A program made the translations under genes and the position numbers. A DNA stretch of 64,000 nucleotides from the NCBI RefSeq assembly GCF_009914755.1, contig NC_060934.1; one strand, 5' to 3'. The stretch is from the human T2T-CHM13v2.0 reference genome, Homo sapiens. Every line of letters starts with the position of its first letter. Position 1 is the stretch's first letter. Shown here one piece after another: positions 43,758 through 58,300 of this stretch. Below the pieces are notes generated by a model. That model was given only the letters and a program-made list of their open reading frames with translations, ran no database searches and was not told the origin of the DNA.

Positions 43758-46700
43758 TATATCTGTGTGTGCCTGTTTCATTGACCTTTGTGTCTGTTCT
43801 TTTACCAATGCCACCCTGTCTTGATTACTGTAGTTTCATAATGTAGATTTATTTTCAAATATTGAATCAGCCTTGCTTTCCTGGGACAAACCCCACTTAA
43901 TTTTGATGTCTTGTTCTTTTTATATATTGCTGGATTTGATTTGCCAATATTTTGTTGAGGATTTTTACCCTGTGTTCATAAGAGATACTGAACTGTACTC
44001 TTTTGGTTTCTGACTTTTTCTGGTTTTGATGGTGGAGTAATGCTGGTCTCATAAAACACTTTAGAAAATGTTCCTTTCTCTGGAAAAAATTATGTCAAAT
44101 CAATCTTATTTTTAAAACATTTTATAGAATTCACTGGTAAAACCATCTTGGCCCTAGAGGTTTCTTTTTCAGAAGATTGTAAGCTATGAATTCAACTTCT
44201 TTAATAATTATAGGAGTATTCAGTTTCATCTTGGATAAGTTTGGTAGTTTGTAGTTTTTGATGCATTGGTCTATTTGCAGTTGTTGGATTTTAGTACACA
44301 GTTATTTGTAGGAATACCTTATTATCTCTTTAATATCTGTGGGATCTGTGGCAATATCTTCTCTTTTATTCCTGATATTGATTATTTGTTTCTTATTTTC
44401 TGTCAGTCTTTTAGAGATTTATAAATTTTATTGATCATTTCATGGAACTCATTTTTAATTTCTTGGATTTTACTCTTATCATTTGTCTGTTTTCAATTTT
44501 GTTGATTTTCGCCTTTGCCTTTATTATTTCCTTTCTGGTTGTTTTGAGTTTATTTTTCTCTTCTTTTTCTGGTTTCTTAAGTTGGAAGTTTAGATTATTG
44601 AGACCTTTCTTTTTTAATATAGACACTTAATACTATAAATTTTCCTCTAAATATTGTTTTAGCTTTGTCCCATAAATTTTAATATGCTTTATTTTCAGTT
44701 TCATTCTGTTCAGTATACTCTTTTAATTTTCCTTCAGACTTTCTCTTTGACCTATTGATTATTTAGAAGTGATATGTTTACTGTTCAAATGTTTGGAGAA
44801 TTTTCTATTATGGTTTTTGTCGATTTCTAGTCTAATTCCATTATGATCAGAGGATGTAACTTATATGATTGCAGTCATTTTGCATGTGTTAAGGTTTATG
44901 GCCCAGAAGAATATGGCATATCTTTGTCAATGTTTTATGCACACTTGAAAAGAGTATAGATTCTACTGTTATTGGGTGGAGTGTTCTGTAAATATCCATT
45001 AAATCCAATCGGTTGATAATATTTTTTATTTGTGTATCTTTGCTGATTTTCTGTCACCTAGTTCTATTGATTATTGAGAAAGAGGTGTTTAGGTCTCCAC
45101 ATATAATTCTAGATTTGTCTAATTTTCCTTGAATTTTTTCATGAGTTTTGAAATCTGTTGTAAGACACATATACATTTAGAATTGATGATTTCTTTTTGT
45201 GAATTGACCCTCTCACTATGTAATATTCCTTTTTACCCTCTGGGAATTTTATTTGTTCTTAAGTCTGCTTTGTCTTTTATTAATTTTTTTTTACATTTGT
45301 GTTTGCATGGTATATCTTTTTCTATCCGTTTACTTTTAACCTACCTACAGGTATCATTTGAAGTGAATTCTTTATGACGGCATTTTCTTGTGCATGTTTT
45401 TAAAAATCTATTGTGACAGTCTCTATCTTTTCCTTGGCATGGTTAGATCATTTACATTTAATGTAATTATTAATGTTTCAATTTAGGTCTAACATTTTAT
45501 TGTTTGTGCCCTCTTTTTTTCCTTTTTCTTCCTTCTTTTGGGCTATTTTTAACTTGTTTTAGTGTTTTGTTTTATTTGTTGTGGTTTTTACTATATCTCT
45601 TCATATAGTTTTTCTAGTGACTGTTTTAGGGATTATAATACTTTCTTTCACAGTCTAATTAGAATCACTGTTTTACCTTTTTAAGTGGAATATAGAAATC
45701 TTATGACTATATAGATCCTTTTAGCTCTCCCATTATGTTATAATATCATGCATTATGTTTACATAAATTGAAAATCTCATTTCATATGTCATAATTTTTG
45801 CTTTTGGCTAATAAACATATCTTGAAAAACTTGAGGAAAATAGCCTGTAATAGTTTTCCATATACTTACATTTTTCTTACTCTGCCTGCATTCCTGATGT
45901 TCCAAGCTTCTTTAGAGTAAGTATATGGATAACTATAACCATCATTTCCCTTTTTTCTAAAGAATTTCCTTTAGCCATTCTAAAGATCAGATCTACTGGC
46001 ACTGAATTACCTTAGATTTTCCTTTTTATCAGCAAATGTCTCTAACTCTAACTTCATTCCTGAAGGATTCTTAAACATCGGATATAGAATCCTGAGTTGT
46101 CAGGTTTTTTTCTTTCTTTCAGCACTTCAAAAGTGCTGTTTTACTTCCTCTGGACTCAGTAGTTTCTGATGAGAATTCCACATTCAAATGACTGTTGCCT
46201 TGTACATAATGCATTGTTTGTTTCTAGTGGCTTTCAAGACTTTCTCTGAAGCTTTCAGCAGTTTGATCATGATTTATCTGGGAATGGATTTCTTTGAATG
46301 TGTCCTGTTTGCAGTTTTTTGGGCATCTTAAATCTACAGTTGTGTATCTTTTGCCAAATTTGACAAAATTTTAGCTATCGTTTATTTGAATTTTTTCCCG
46401 TACTACACTTTTTTTCCTCTTTTTCTGTAACTCCAGTGACATAAATAGATCTGTTGACCTTGTCTCACGTGTTCTCTTTTTGTCTATTTTAAATACTTTT
46501 TTTTCTGTTGTTTGGATGATTTTTTGTTAACTTGGCTTCAGTTTTATTGACTCTTTTCTCGGCATCTCCATTCTACTATTGATCCTATGCAGTACAGTTT
46601 TTAATTTTGGTTATTGTATTTTTCAACACTAAATTTTCTACTTTATTATTCTTGATAGCTTCTATTTGTGTTTTTTCATTTGTTTCAAGAGTGTCTTCCC

Positions 46701-47551
46701 TTGCAGCATTTTTATAACAGATCTCTTAAACTTTTTGTCAGATGATTTCAACTTTTGGGTCATCTCAGCCTTGGCATGAGTTGATTTTTTCCCTGGTGAG
46801 TTTATTTTTCTGATTATTTGCATGCTTGGTAATTTTGGATTGTATCCTGGTCATTTTGAATATTATGAGACTCTGGGTTTTATATAAATCCTACAGATAA
46901 TGTTGATATTTTTGTTTTAGGAGGTAGTCAACCTGGTTGGATTTAGTTAGTTCATAAGTTCTGACCAGCCTTCAATATTTGTTCAATTTTCAAACCCTTT
47001 TCCGTCCTCTTAACATCAGTTCTTTTGTGCACCACTCACCAGCCAGTTTGGGAACTGGCAGTGCCGAATTCTTACAGCAGTTCTCAAAGTCTGTGGTTTA
47101 GGGTCAGATACACATGTGCATAGGCGGGGAAGTAGACAGCTCACCCGAACAGGTGAGTCCAGAAATCTATCAACAGCTTTTTGGTTTGCTTCCATGAACT
47201 CCTTTTCCTCCACAATCTTTTTGGCACTTTTTAGTTCTCAGGGCTCCCTCCTCAGTCCCCTGGACAGACAGCTGGGGCTTTTCCCCACTCCGCTAAACTC
47301 TTCCTATTACTAAACCTCAATCTGGGTCCAAGCATTAGGAAGACAGAGGTAAAGAGCAAAGACATTTCACCCACCTCTTAGGGGGAGCACACCTCTTCCC
47401 ATCAGAAAGGGACCATCTCCCCCTCACTGGTTTGGGCTCCTGCGGCCCCTGTTGTCCCCCACACCACAGGATTGCTTAGGGAGGAGCTGACGTTCAAGGG
47501 CTCAGAGATAACACCAAAAAGGGATGATTCCTCACTCGCCCTGAACATAGT

Positions 47552-47879
47552 TGTCTCAGCCCATTTTCTGCTGCTATAACAACACTGCCATCTAGGTAAT
47601 TGATAAAGAATAGGAATTTATTGGGCTCACAGCTCTGGAGGCTGAGAAGTCCAAGAGCATGACGCCGGCATCTGCTGAGGGCCACCCCGTGGTGGAAGGC
47701 ATTCCATGGCGAGGAAGCATGCCAGACAGGAGAAAAGGGGCCAGAGTCCCTCAGTAACCAATTCCAGCAGTAACAGCATTCATCCATTCCTGAGGGAGGG
47801 GCCCTCATGACCTAATCACATCTTAACACTGTCACAGTGGCAGTTGTTTCCAACACAGGAACACATTGAAACCTTAGCA
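47552..47879 (-). mobile_element. MaLR solo LTR (MST-type)
   Basis: tgtctcagcccattttctgctgctataac..aggaatttattgggctcacagctctggaggctgagaagtccaaga..gccctcatgacctaatcac..aaaccttagca. Confidence 0.8.
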
Positions 47880-49422
47880 GCAGGTGATGCTTTTCCTTCC
47901 TCAAAGTGGATTAGAGCCCCTAGGGGGCTCCCCAGCTGTGCCAGGCTTTGCCTCCAGGGCTCAGGCTGTAGTAAGTTCGGGCTGAGGACAACAGAGGGAT
48001 AACCCAGGAAGCCCATTCATCTTTTCCATGGTACTTGAAATTCTTATCTTCTTTCCAAGGCTGCCAACTACTACTGACTCTTCTCAGCCCTCACGTAGCT
48101 GCTCTGTGCCTTCTGCCCAGGTTTTATAAAGACATTCAGTAGAAGAAACAAGTATAGAGTGCTTGCTTCATTTTACCTGGAACCAGAATCCCCCTTTCCC
48201 TCCATTTGTGTTTCAGGTTAGTTTATTCTGGCTGCTTTTGATGGCCAGGGAGCATTAGGTCAAATAGCTGTGACTTGTGCCAGGGACACCAGCTCCTGGG
48301 GATTCCCCTTCCAGGCCAGTGGCTGCTGCACAGGGATGTCCTGCAGGAGCTGAGGACCTGCTCTTTCTTGCTCTCTGTTGCTCTTTGTTGGCCATGGCCA
48401 CAGCACAGCTACTGAGATGCTCTGCAAGCATGACCCGGCAGGTAGCACCTGTGTGTATGGGCCTGAGTATGCCCCTGCTAGCTGCAGCCTGGCTAAGGAA
48501 AAGTCCCAAAGCCTGGGCTGCTGAAGGATGCCCCTTCCCCCCAGGAAGCCACACGGACCTTGACAGGTCACCACCCATGGAGCTGTGATGGTTGAGGGAA
48601 AGGAGACTCCTCCTCAAGAACTTGGAAGCACAATGGCCTGCCTCCCAGGAAAGAGAGCCTCAGTGCTTGTCGGAGCCCTGATCTCAGAGAGGGCCAGCTG
48701 CCTGGCCAGCTCTGCTGTTGCCTGTGCTCTGAGCCTGGCCGTGTGCAGTGGACGCACAGGTGTGTTTGCTGAGGTGGCTCGTAGCAGATTATCACCGAGG
48801 AGAGATGGACACCCAGGATAAGGAAGTGATGAGTCTGAGCACAGCGGTGGCAGAGCCAGGCTGGTCCCGGTCTGTGTCCTCCTGCCGTGCTCTGGTGTGT
48901 GTTGTCTTCCTTATTGGAGCTGGGTTTGGCTGAGTTGGTCCAGGTTCAGGTGTCAGGCCTGCTCAGAGCCTTGAGCTCCACTCCATGGCGTGGCATGAAA
49001 ACACCTCGCATAAAAACCCAGTGTCTGTGACACAAAACGATTTCTCCCGTGACCAGCATGAGAAAAGGGCATCCAGACCCTTGGCGGAGGATGCACAATG
49101 CAGGCAGAGGGTTTAGAAAACAGTCTTCTCTGGGTGAGGCAGTTATGGTGCACACATTTAAATAGCTGCCCAAGCCGAAATGAAAATAGCCATGTCCTTC
49201 AGATGCAGAGACTCCAAGATGCAGGTCCTCTCCCTTGACCCCAGCCACAGAAGCCCAGCCCAAGGTACCCAGCACCACAGGACAGGCAGGAGGAAGGGCG
49301 AGTTTGGGAAGGAGACAAGGGAAGTGGAGGGGTAAGAGAGGAACATCCAGAATGTGGCGTTCGGAGGCCGCGTCACAGAGCCCCAAGGTCTCGGGGCTGC
49401 CCTCTGGGGAGGCCCATGGTGA

Positions 49423-49750
<328 letters not shown>

Positions 49751-52183
49751 AGAAGGCTGCTGTTTTAATGGTTGCCCCTTTGGGCCACCTGAAGTGATTG
49801 TTCCAGCTGCTGAGGACTGATGTGGTCACCTCAACCTCAAGAACTTCTATTTTCCACATGAGTTAATGTCTATGAGTGGATTTCACTCCATTATAGAATA
49901 TGATGCTTAACAGCAAGGATTGCCCTTCTTCAAGAACGGGTGTCATTCAGCCATGTGATTCTGCACAGGCTAGGGTTCGAAGCACTGTGCTCTTTGAGAG
50001 CTGCTTCAACTAATTACTGCATTCGTTCGCTGCAGGGTGAAACAGAGTTTTCAGATACATTTGTAAAATCAGGTGCCTGATTGCTAAATACTACATTGTT
50101 TGAGCTATACTTCCTCATATGTTGCCTGGTACGGACCAGTTAAGAAATGGTTTCCCATGAGAAACTGACAATGAAGCTGAACATGTTTGATAAACTCTGT
50201 GCTCATCTATGGACATATAATTGTTTTATTATACGATACTTTTACACTTGGAAAGAAAGGTGCTCCGTAATTTGGCAGCAATTTGTCAGAGCAGCACTCA
50301 AGGCTGGCGCTCAGATGAGGCCCTTGGAACCATGCCATTGTTTCTCGGAACTGCTCTGTGCTCCGGTTAGGTTTGCACACACCTCCCTCGTTTCATTCCT
50401 ACAAGTTTAGTAAAGTTCCAGGCCGTTCTCCCAGAACACCTAACGGAAAGCACAGAAAACAAAACCACCAACTCTGTGTTCGCCGAGGAAGGCAGGAAAT
50501 TGGCCTCTGCTTCTTGCGGTATTGACGTGCTGCTTTCATTGTTTCTTTTCCAAGACAGCTGTCCCCGAAATCTCTTTACCTCCAAGTCAACAGCAGGCTA
50601 CCTTGCTTTGCTTTGCTTTTTTTTAAAGTTAGGCATAACAACAACAGCAACCATGATAATGATTAACAGTTTGATTTCAAAACGTTTTCTGAAGAAATGA
50701 CAGTAAACAGTGCATTTGCCCAGGGAAATCCACCACCCCGCCAGCCATCAGCCGGTAATACAACTGCATGTGCTAATGAACCCAAAGCTGTTAATGTGGT
50801 TTCTTCAGTTAAATTGATTCATGAATTTTGAAGAGAACATTATCTAATGAATTTTCTTTGAATAGAAAGCAATTAAAAGGACAAATCAGTCTGATTAACC
50901 CCAAAGTCACCCTCCTGCCACAAATGGTGTACAGTTTGAAATTATATCATAAAAAACTAGAGCACATTTGCTATCTTTTTGCCCTCTACTAATCCATGTA
51001 AATTAATGAACAACAAAGTTAATTTCTTTGATGACCCTTTTCTAGTATCACCTGGATTATGCTGATGTTTAATTTGCTTAATGTTATAATAAAGACTAAA
51101 CAGATTTTTTTCCCAGTGAAGTGATTATCGTTCCCTTCAGTTAAGAAGTGATTTTTATTATTTAACACACATGTAAGGGTGTGTTTCCTTTAAGAACCAA
51201 ATCACACTTTGCCAGCTTGGCACCAAGTGTAATTAGTGTTCTTGTGGACACACTCAGAACATCGTTCCTGCCCGCGGAAGCCTTCCCTTTGTTGCTGCTA
51301 TTCAGAAACTCCTGCCCCTGGAGGGGCTGGAGCCCCTGCGATGGAGGACATGGCTCTGTCTCCAGTGCTCCTGAGCTGCATGTCCCCCTCGGAAAGACAA
51401 TAGGTACTGATTCAGACAGGCCTTCTTCGCGTGCCCCAGTTTCTCTCCCACCGACACCACTCCCAGGTAACAGTTCTGAAACCTGGAGGCAGAGGGAGAG
51501 AATGTTCTCCTGCAGTCACCTCCTCATTCCTGCAGCAGGATGCGGCACAAATGCAGTTGGATGTGGTTAGTCAATTAAAATGGGAATCAAGTCATTTTAT
51601 TTTTGCAGCCCTATTCACTAAAGATGCCTGTAACCAAGGTCACCGCCAGCCCCTGCGTACTGTGGTGCTTGGCACTCCGAGCAGTAGCTGGGGGAATCCT
51701 GCACGCGGCTGGAGGTGGACAGCCGGCATAATATCGCAGCCTGGCCTGTGGCTGCTTTTGCCTTCTTTGTCCCAGTTGAAGTTGGAAATTAACCAGCAGT
51801 ACAAAAGATTTCCAAGCAGGCGGGCAGGCAGGGACTTCTGTGTGTATTAATTGAGCCATGAGCTCACTTACACACGCCCAGTCGCTAGAAGAGTGGCACA
51901 CGCAACCCCACGCGGAACACGGGAAGATGGAAAGAAATTGCAAACCTGTGGTGCCAGCTCCAAGGATGCCTTCCAAGGGGCCAGCCTGCATGGTGGCCTG
52001 CCACATGCTTGCGTCTCCTCGCCTGGTGACATGGTGGCAGCAGTGCATGGAGGCCGTGTTTTAATTGAGTATAATACCTCTATTTGTGTAGATGCGTTTC
52101 CTGTTTTGGGACTAGTGGCTATTTATATCAGAGCTGCTGAAGCCGTTTGTCCAAATAACATTATCCTGCATTCTTCCTTTCAG

Positions 52184-52323
52184 AGTCGTTCACCAGACAG
52201 GTGTTATGGAAGCTGCTGAAGGTTGTGAAATTCGGAGAAGTGATTTCTTACCAGCAATTAGCAGCCCTGGCAGGCAACCCCAAAGCCGCGCGAGCAGTGG
52301 GAGGAGCAATGAGAGGCAATCCT
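52184..52323 (+). CDS. MGMT: MGMT coding exon (exon 4), residues E92-P138, DNA-binding helix-turn-helix with Y114 and R128
   Basis: ttcttcctttcag|AG TCG TTC ACC AGA CAG encodes (E)[46 protein letters not shown], then CCT|gtgagt donor; 140 bp; phase matches the upstream exon. Confidence 0.97.
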
Positions 52324-55300
52324 GTGAGTTCTCATGGCGCAAGCATGGCTGTGGGTGGCGGGTGCGTGCAGGTGGCAGGGTGTCATCTGATCCCACGTGT
52401 TTCCTCGGAAGGCAGGCTGTGCTGCTGGGGTGGGCAGAGGGGCGATATCTGTGATGGGGACCATTATGCCAGATGCCTCCAGAAGAGGCAAGGAGGCTAC
52501 CCCAGCACTACACTCCTGGAAGCTCCCCCCTACCGGGAGCACATATCCACTGCATGAGCTCCTGGTTGTCACAGTGAGCAGGAGGGGAGGGAGCCTGGAG
52601 GAGTGGCAAGCGGGCAGAGGGTGCCCCACCTGCTCACTCAGGAGGTGGACATGTTGGGTGCCTGTTTTATGGCCCACACTCTTCTAGGTGCCCAGAGTAC
52701 AGCAGCTAACAAACAGACAGAAAGGTCTACCTGCGAGGTGCCTGCATCCTAGCAGGATGGCCAAGCAAGGGTGCACATCCAACCCCATCTCTCTGTGGGC
52801 TGCACTCCCCCTGAGGCCCAGGGCTCCCTGGGTCCCAAGAGCTAAAGCACCACACGTGAGCACACGAGGCAGGAGGCCTTGCAGCATGGGACAAGGGACC
52901 TAGACCACACGCACCTCGTGTCTCACCAGGGATGGCGCCCTCCCCAGAGCCCTTCTGTGTCCTCGTCCTTCCCATGCGTCTGCAGTCAGATTTCACTAAA
53001 CTCCAGGCTCCCAGGCTATGCAGCCTCAGGCCATGCTCCCCAGAGGACAAGGCCCAACCGGGACACAGCATGGGTGGGGCAGCGTGGCCTGTGGTGCCTG
53101 GGGGCCACGTGGGTGCCGTTGCTCTCCCATCTCACAGCACCCAGGCCTGGCAGCTGGGCCGCGGGCCATCTGGCATCTGGCATGAGGTGGTAAGTCACAG
53201 CATGCCATGTGCGCCCGGCCAAGGCCACACGTGCCTGTGTGTGTGGGGGCAGAAAGGGTGCCCCGTCTGCGTGGCCCATTGGGAGAACCCACACAACCTC
53301 AAGAATGCCCCTGGAATATTCACCCAGTGATGGTGTGTGGTCACGTTGGCAGTGTCTTCTCCCGAAAGCTCTATGAAAGTTTCTAGCATGATGGAAGCAT
53401 ACCATCTGATCAGGGAGCACAAATATGATCACTCCATCATGGGATGGGAAATTACTAAATCAGATAGACCTCACTTTTTGAAAAATTGCTGTGGCTTTAC
53501 TGTCTATTTCCAAAACTACTTATATCCCTGCTCACAGGGGAGAGGCCGGCGTGTTCATACCACAGCCTGCTGCTCCTGCTGCCCGCTGCAGCAGCCTGGG
53601 GGCAGAGCCTCCGTTTCTAGGAGATGACAGTTACGTAGGCTTTTGCACAAAACTGCATTGTTAGTCCTTAAAAAGCAACTCTGGTAGGTTTGTAGTGGAT
53701 TGCATTGTCGTAATGTACACCCTAATCTAGGCGAGCTTTCTACCCTATTAAAATATCCCAAATATCCCAGGAGTGAGATACCACAGGGACAGCCACCATC
53801 CCCACCTCCTCCATCTCTTCCTGTCCTCAGTTTTGGTGACAGTGGCTGGTGGGCGCAATTGGCCCTTCCTTTTGCACCTGTTGCACATTAATTGCAATGT
53901 CTTCAGCTACATTGTCATAAAACATCTGCACCACTCAGTAGGGATCTGATTTTTACAGCGCGTTGGGGGATATTTCCGAATCAAATTTCTGAGGATGGTT
54001 TTTGACATTTCCCAATAAAACTTAACCTACATGCCCCTCTGGAAGGCTGCTGTCTTCTCCCCGGTTGTGAGTCAATTTTGAGGTGTTCAACCTGATGAAA
54101 AGGCAGCTCAGATGCTGTTGTGTTGTGGCTCCGTGTAGGGCCCATGAGAACTGTGGATGCGAATGGGGTTTTGGGGGTGCTCTTCCTGCATCAGTGCAGT
54201 GACTGTTTCAGGCAGTGTCTACTCTTTGTGCCCCCCGAGGAGAGTAAGTCCTTGTCTTCTCCCCACTGAGGTGGATTCTGCTCCCTCCGTGCACACACAT
54301 GAAGATGGGAGTGGCCCCGTCAGCGGGCGCCGACTGCTCGCTCCCTTGTGTGTGCAGCTCCCCTTTTGCTGTAAGGACAAGCTCCACTAACTGACATGTG
54401 CAGCGTGGCAGCACCCTCCCCCACCAGCCTTTCGTGATGCCAGCAGTTTCTCACTCTGCAGTGGAGATGCCGTCGCTGGTTAGCAATCCTGCTTGTGGCG
54501 ATATTCGGAGACATTTATTGTTCTGCAAACCAGCGTGACTCTCTTCTCCTGCTATTAATCTCTATGAGTGTCTCTGTTCCAGTATGGCCTCAGTCACTGA
54601 AATGTATAAAGTAGTATCACATGGGATGTAAAACCCTAATGTCTGTAAAGTCCACACATCGGCACCCTGTCCCATGGCAAAGCCAAGACTGGAGGTGAGC
54701 ACAGCATCAGGCAGGAGGGTTCTACAGGCACCAAGTCTCGCCCTTCTCGGCGTCCACATGCCTCCTGTGCCGAGGGCAGCCAGGCGGTGGTGGCTTCTCG
54801 TGGCCTTTCTGTGGGCTCCACCGTGTGCAGTGACCTTCAGCCTGAGGAGGGGGCTGCAGCAGGACCTGTGGCTACGGTACCCACAGACGCCTCAAATTAT
54901 AGCACAGATATGCCAGAGATATTCCTGCAAGAAGCCTTCAGCTACGTAGTTTACTATGGTTCAGGTTGACAGCCTCCCAAGTTCCCATTAGAAACCTCAT
55001 TAGAATGGGCTAGGAGGATGAAAAGGTGACCCAGGGACTTGCTAGAGGAAGGGCGCTGGCCAGCAGTGAGCCATTGCTGCTGTCAGTGTCCTCAGGAATG
55101 TTTCCCTTTGGCGCTGACAGCAGTGTCCCAGCCGGAAGGCTGCGCACATCCACTCCAGCCCAGACGGTGCGTCGCTGAGACTCGCTCATTGAAAACATCC
55201 CTTATATTCAGGATGAATAGAGTGATTGTGCATTTAAGGGAGGAGAGTGAAAAATGGACTTGGAATGTTAGAAAACATCGTAAAGCTCATTGTGCATTAA

Positions 55301-58300
55301 TTCCTTAGGTGGCTTGCAATAAACAGGAGCACGTGCTGGTTCATATTACTGCATTTGCTGTCGGCATGAGTTTCTCTTCCCCAACCGGAGTAAGGGATGG
55401 CTTTTGCCATGCGGAGCTTTCCTCTATCCTAGGAGCTTGATTTCTCCAGAATCCTCCAGGAAGGACTCACCAGCCGGTGTAAGGTGGTTGGTCAGCATTC
55501 CTGGAAGGCTGTCTCCCCAACTCAGCGGGAGAGGATGGTCAGTTTCCCAGTATATTGAGTAGAAAACTCCTCACGACCCACCCCCTCCACAAAGCACCCT
55601 TCCTCTTCATCCTCAGACAGAATTTGCTAAATGCAGTTCAAAGGCAATCGATACATTGCACAGAGAGTCTCCCCACCTTTTTCTAAACAAATGCATTCCT
55701 GAGGAGTTAGTTTATTCACGGATTGCCATGAGCGTTAATGACCCCCCGAGGCTTGTTCTGCCCGTCACCCGGATGGCTGCTGATAAAGACTTAGCATCAT
55801 GTTCTAAGTGTCAAGGTTGTCAGTGGAGCTGAACCATTTGACCAGAAGAAAAAAACGCACAGGGAGCTATTGATTACAGCTTCTCGGTGTCACTTGTTCA
55901 CCAGGATTTAGGTATTGATGAGGCTGCGAGTGAAAACAAGCTCTTTCCCTTGTGGGCTGCTGCCCAGAAGAACAAAGGCGAAGTTGGAAAAAATATTCAG
56001 CCGGTACCAGAATCAGAGGGATTCCATCATTGACTGAAAGGCCCCTTCATGTTATTTTTGTTGGAAACAAATCTATGGGTTTGGAAGTTTTATAGCGTTT
56101 GAGAAAGGGGCTGCATAAGTGATGGATTCACGTATTGGATGAATTAGATTTCACAGCATGAAGATTTCAATGCAGCTGTGATATTATGAGCTTCTTGGTT
56201 ATTGATAAAAATTACATTTTATGCAGCACATGCTTTAAAGGAGAGGGCATAGAGGGTACAGATCCTTTGAAAATGTCCTTAGGGCCCCAATAAATTTCAG
56301 CAGGTTTCATTATCTTAATAGTCTGAAACCTGCCACCAAAATTCACACAAACAGAAGCAGCGTTCCCTATTTCTAACGGTAAAAATAGTGCCTATTTGGT
56401 AAGTCACCTCTTCCCCATCACAGCATGCTAAGGTGAGGACCGGTCACAGCTGTCGGGGTCATTGTTATTCCGTGCCATCTGTCCTGGCCTCTGCATTGAT
56501 GTACAGGAAGAGGGAGAGGGAGACATGTTTATTTTACTCATTTTTATAATTTCATAGCTCATTGAGAGGGAGAGAAGAAAAACCAAAGCTCTGCTGTGAA
56601 ATCTGCTATTAGGTAGGAAAATTGAATTGGTGCCTAAATGTTTATAAAACTAGATTGAATTAAATGCCTACCTCTTTATCAGTCAAAAACGTGAATTGTG
56701 TATTATCTAATAATGCCCTCACAGCAATTATTAATGGGACTGTTGTATTTGATAAAAATCATCAATCAGGGTAAATATTCCATCCTGGAGATTTCCTGTG
56801 ACTCCTTCTGGAAGACTGGGATTCTCAGCTGTTCCAGAACTTGGCAGTTACTACACCTCACTCTAGTAAACTCAATGTTAAAAACAGTCAGCCCTCCGCC
56901 ACCTGCATGTTCCCATGTCATAGTCGTCAGAAGCCTCTTAGACTGCGTCATTGGTGCACGTTACCAAACTCATCGTCAAATTAGGATGAGCTGTGTGATG
57001 TGCCGGAAGCCAGAGTCCCACCTTGCAGCCATGTCATCTGCTGGCACCGGCTGTCACCCCACAAGGTCCCACCTCAACAGTCCACGTCAAGGAGGAGAAG
57101 TGTGGTGCGTGGAGCCATGCAGGAGAGTGGTTAGAGCCCCTTCTTTGCCACTTAACAGCTTTATGAACTTGGGCACGAGACTCCATTCGGCCGGAGGCTG
57201 AGACAGGCCTGGTGGGGCCTTGCGGGGTGATGGGGGCCATAGATGGGGTCGAAGATGCAGCAGCATCAGGCATGGGCACACCCGCTCCCAGGGGCTTTAA
57301 GCACCTTTTCCAAGGGGGGCTGGGGCTTCCCCCACCTCCCTCGGGGACGTGTGTAGCTGGGCCCCACAGAGGGCCACACCCACCAGGTGAAATCTGTGGC
57401 AGGTACATGTGTGGCAGTGACACAAGCTGCCTGCACCAAAAGCCTCAGGGGATGCAAAAGTAGCAGTCACCTCCCCAGGAAGCAGAGGTGCCCAAGAAAT
57501 AGAGCTTGGAGATGCTGGGCACACGCCCCCAGCTGCTTCCTCTAAAAGCTCACCTGACCAGTAGCTGGTTGCTTTGTCCAGTTCACTGGCTTTGGAGGGT
57601 GGAGCGTGGGGAAGCTGGGCATGGGCAGAAATCATTTCTCTGTTGAGCTGGGGATACGCTCAGCTGGAGAGAAAAAGAAGAGTGGAGTCGGAGTGATACC
57701 CGGGGGTACCCGGAGTGATACCCGGAGGTAGCCTGGACACGCCCCAACCTTGGGATCCTGCAGAAACAGCTGTTTGTTCTCATCAGGGCAGGATGCTGGG
57801 AGCAGGGCAGCCATGTGTGAGGGCCCAGGGAGAGGCCCCGGGTCTGCAGCATCCGTGTCTGGGCCATCTAGGGTGCGGGGATGAATGTGCTGCCCTCCAG
57901 CTCAGGAGGAAGGGAGGAAGGGGGGCCAGGCAGTAAGCGATCGTTAGGCATCTCCCATGTGCCTTCTACGTGTCGTGCCAGCTGAGAACCTTCCAGAGCG
58001 AGCTTGGTGCCCTTCCCCATTCTTCTGGAGCCTGCCCTGGCTCCTGTGGTCATGCTCATTGGCAGTTTACCTTCTTCACGGAGCAGCCACTGTGATGCTT
58101 TGCACGATGATGAGGCATGTCCCCCCACACGTCCCCCGAGATGTCCTGGCCCCTTAGTGGCTGCCCACCCATACACCTGCTCCCCAGGCGCCAGGAGCTA
58201 CTTAGGGATGAAGGCTGTTGCCTGGGAGGCTCTCCAGCCAATTCTTTCTTTAGAAATCTGTGCAAGACTTCCCCACATGCTCCTGGGAAGCCATTCTGGA

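Larger units (their letters stand above)
38215..47000 (-). mobile_element. Composite of old antisense L1M elements (nested L1MB/MC/MD-type pieces) with younger insertions
   Basis: Long T-rich tract with L1 ORF2 and 3' UTR remnants (gttgtctgcaaatagggagagttt, ttgccaatattttgttgaggattttta, attccattgtatggatgtaccatag). Confidence 0.8.
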
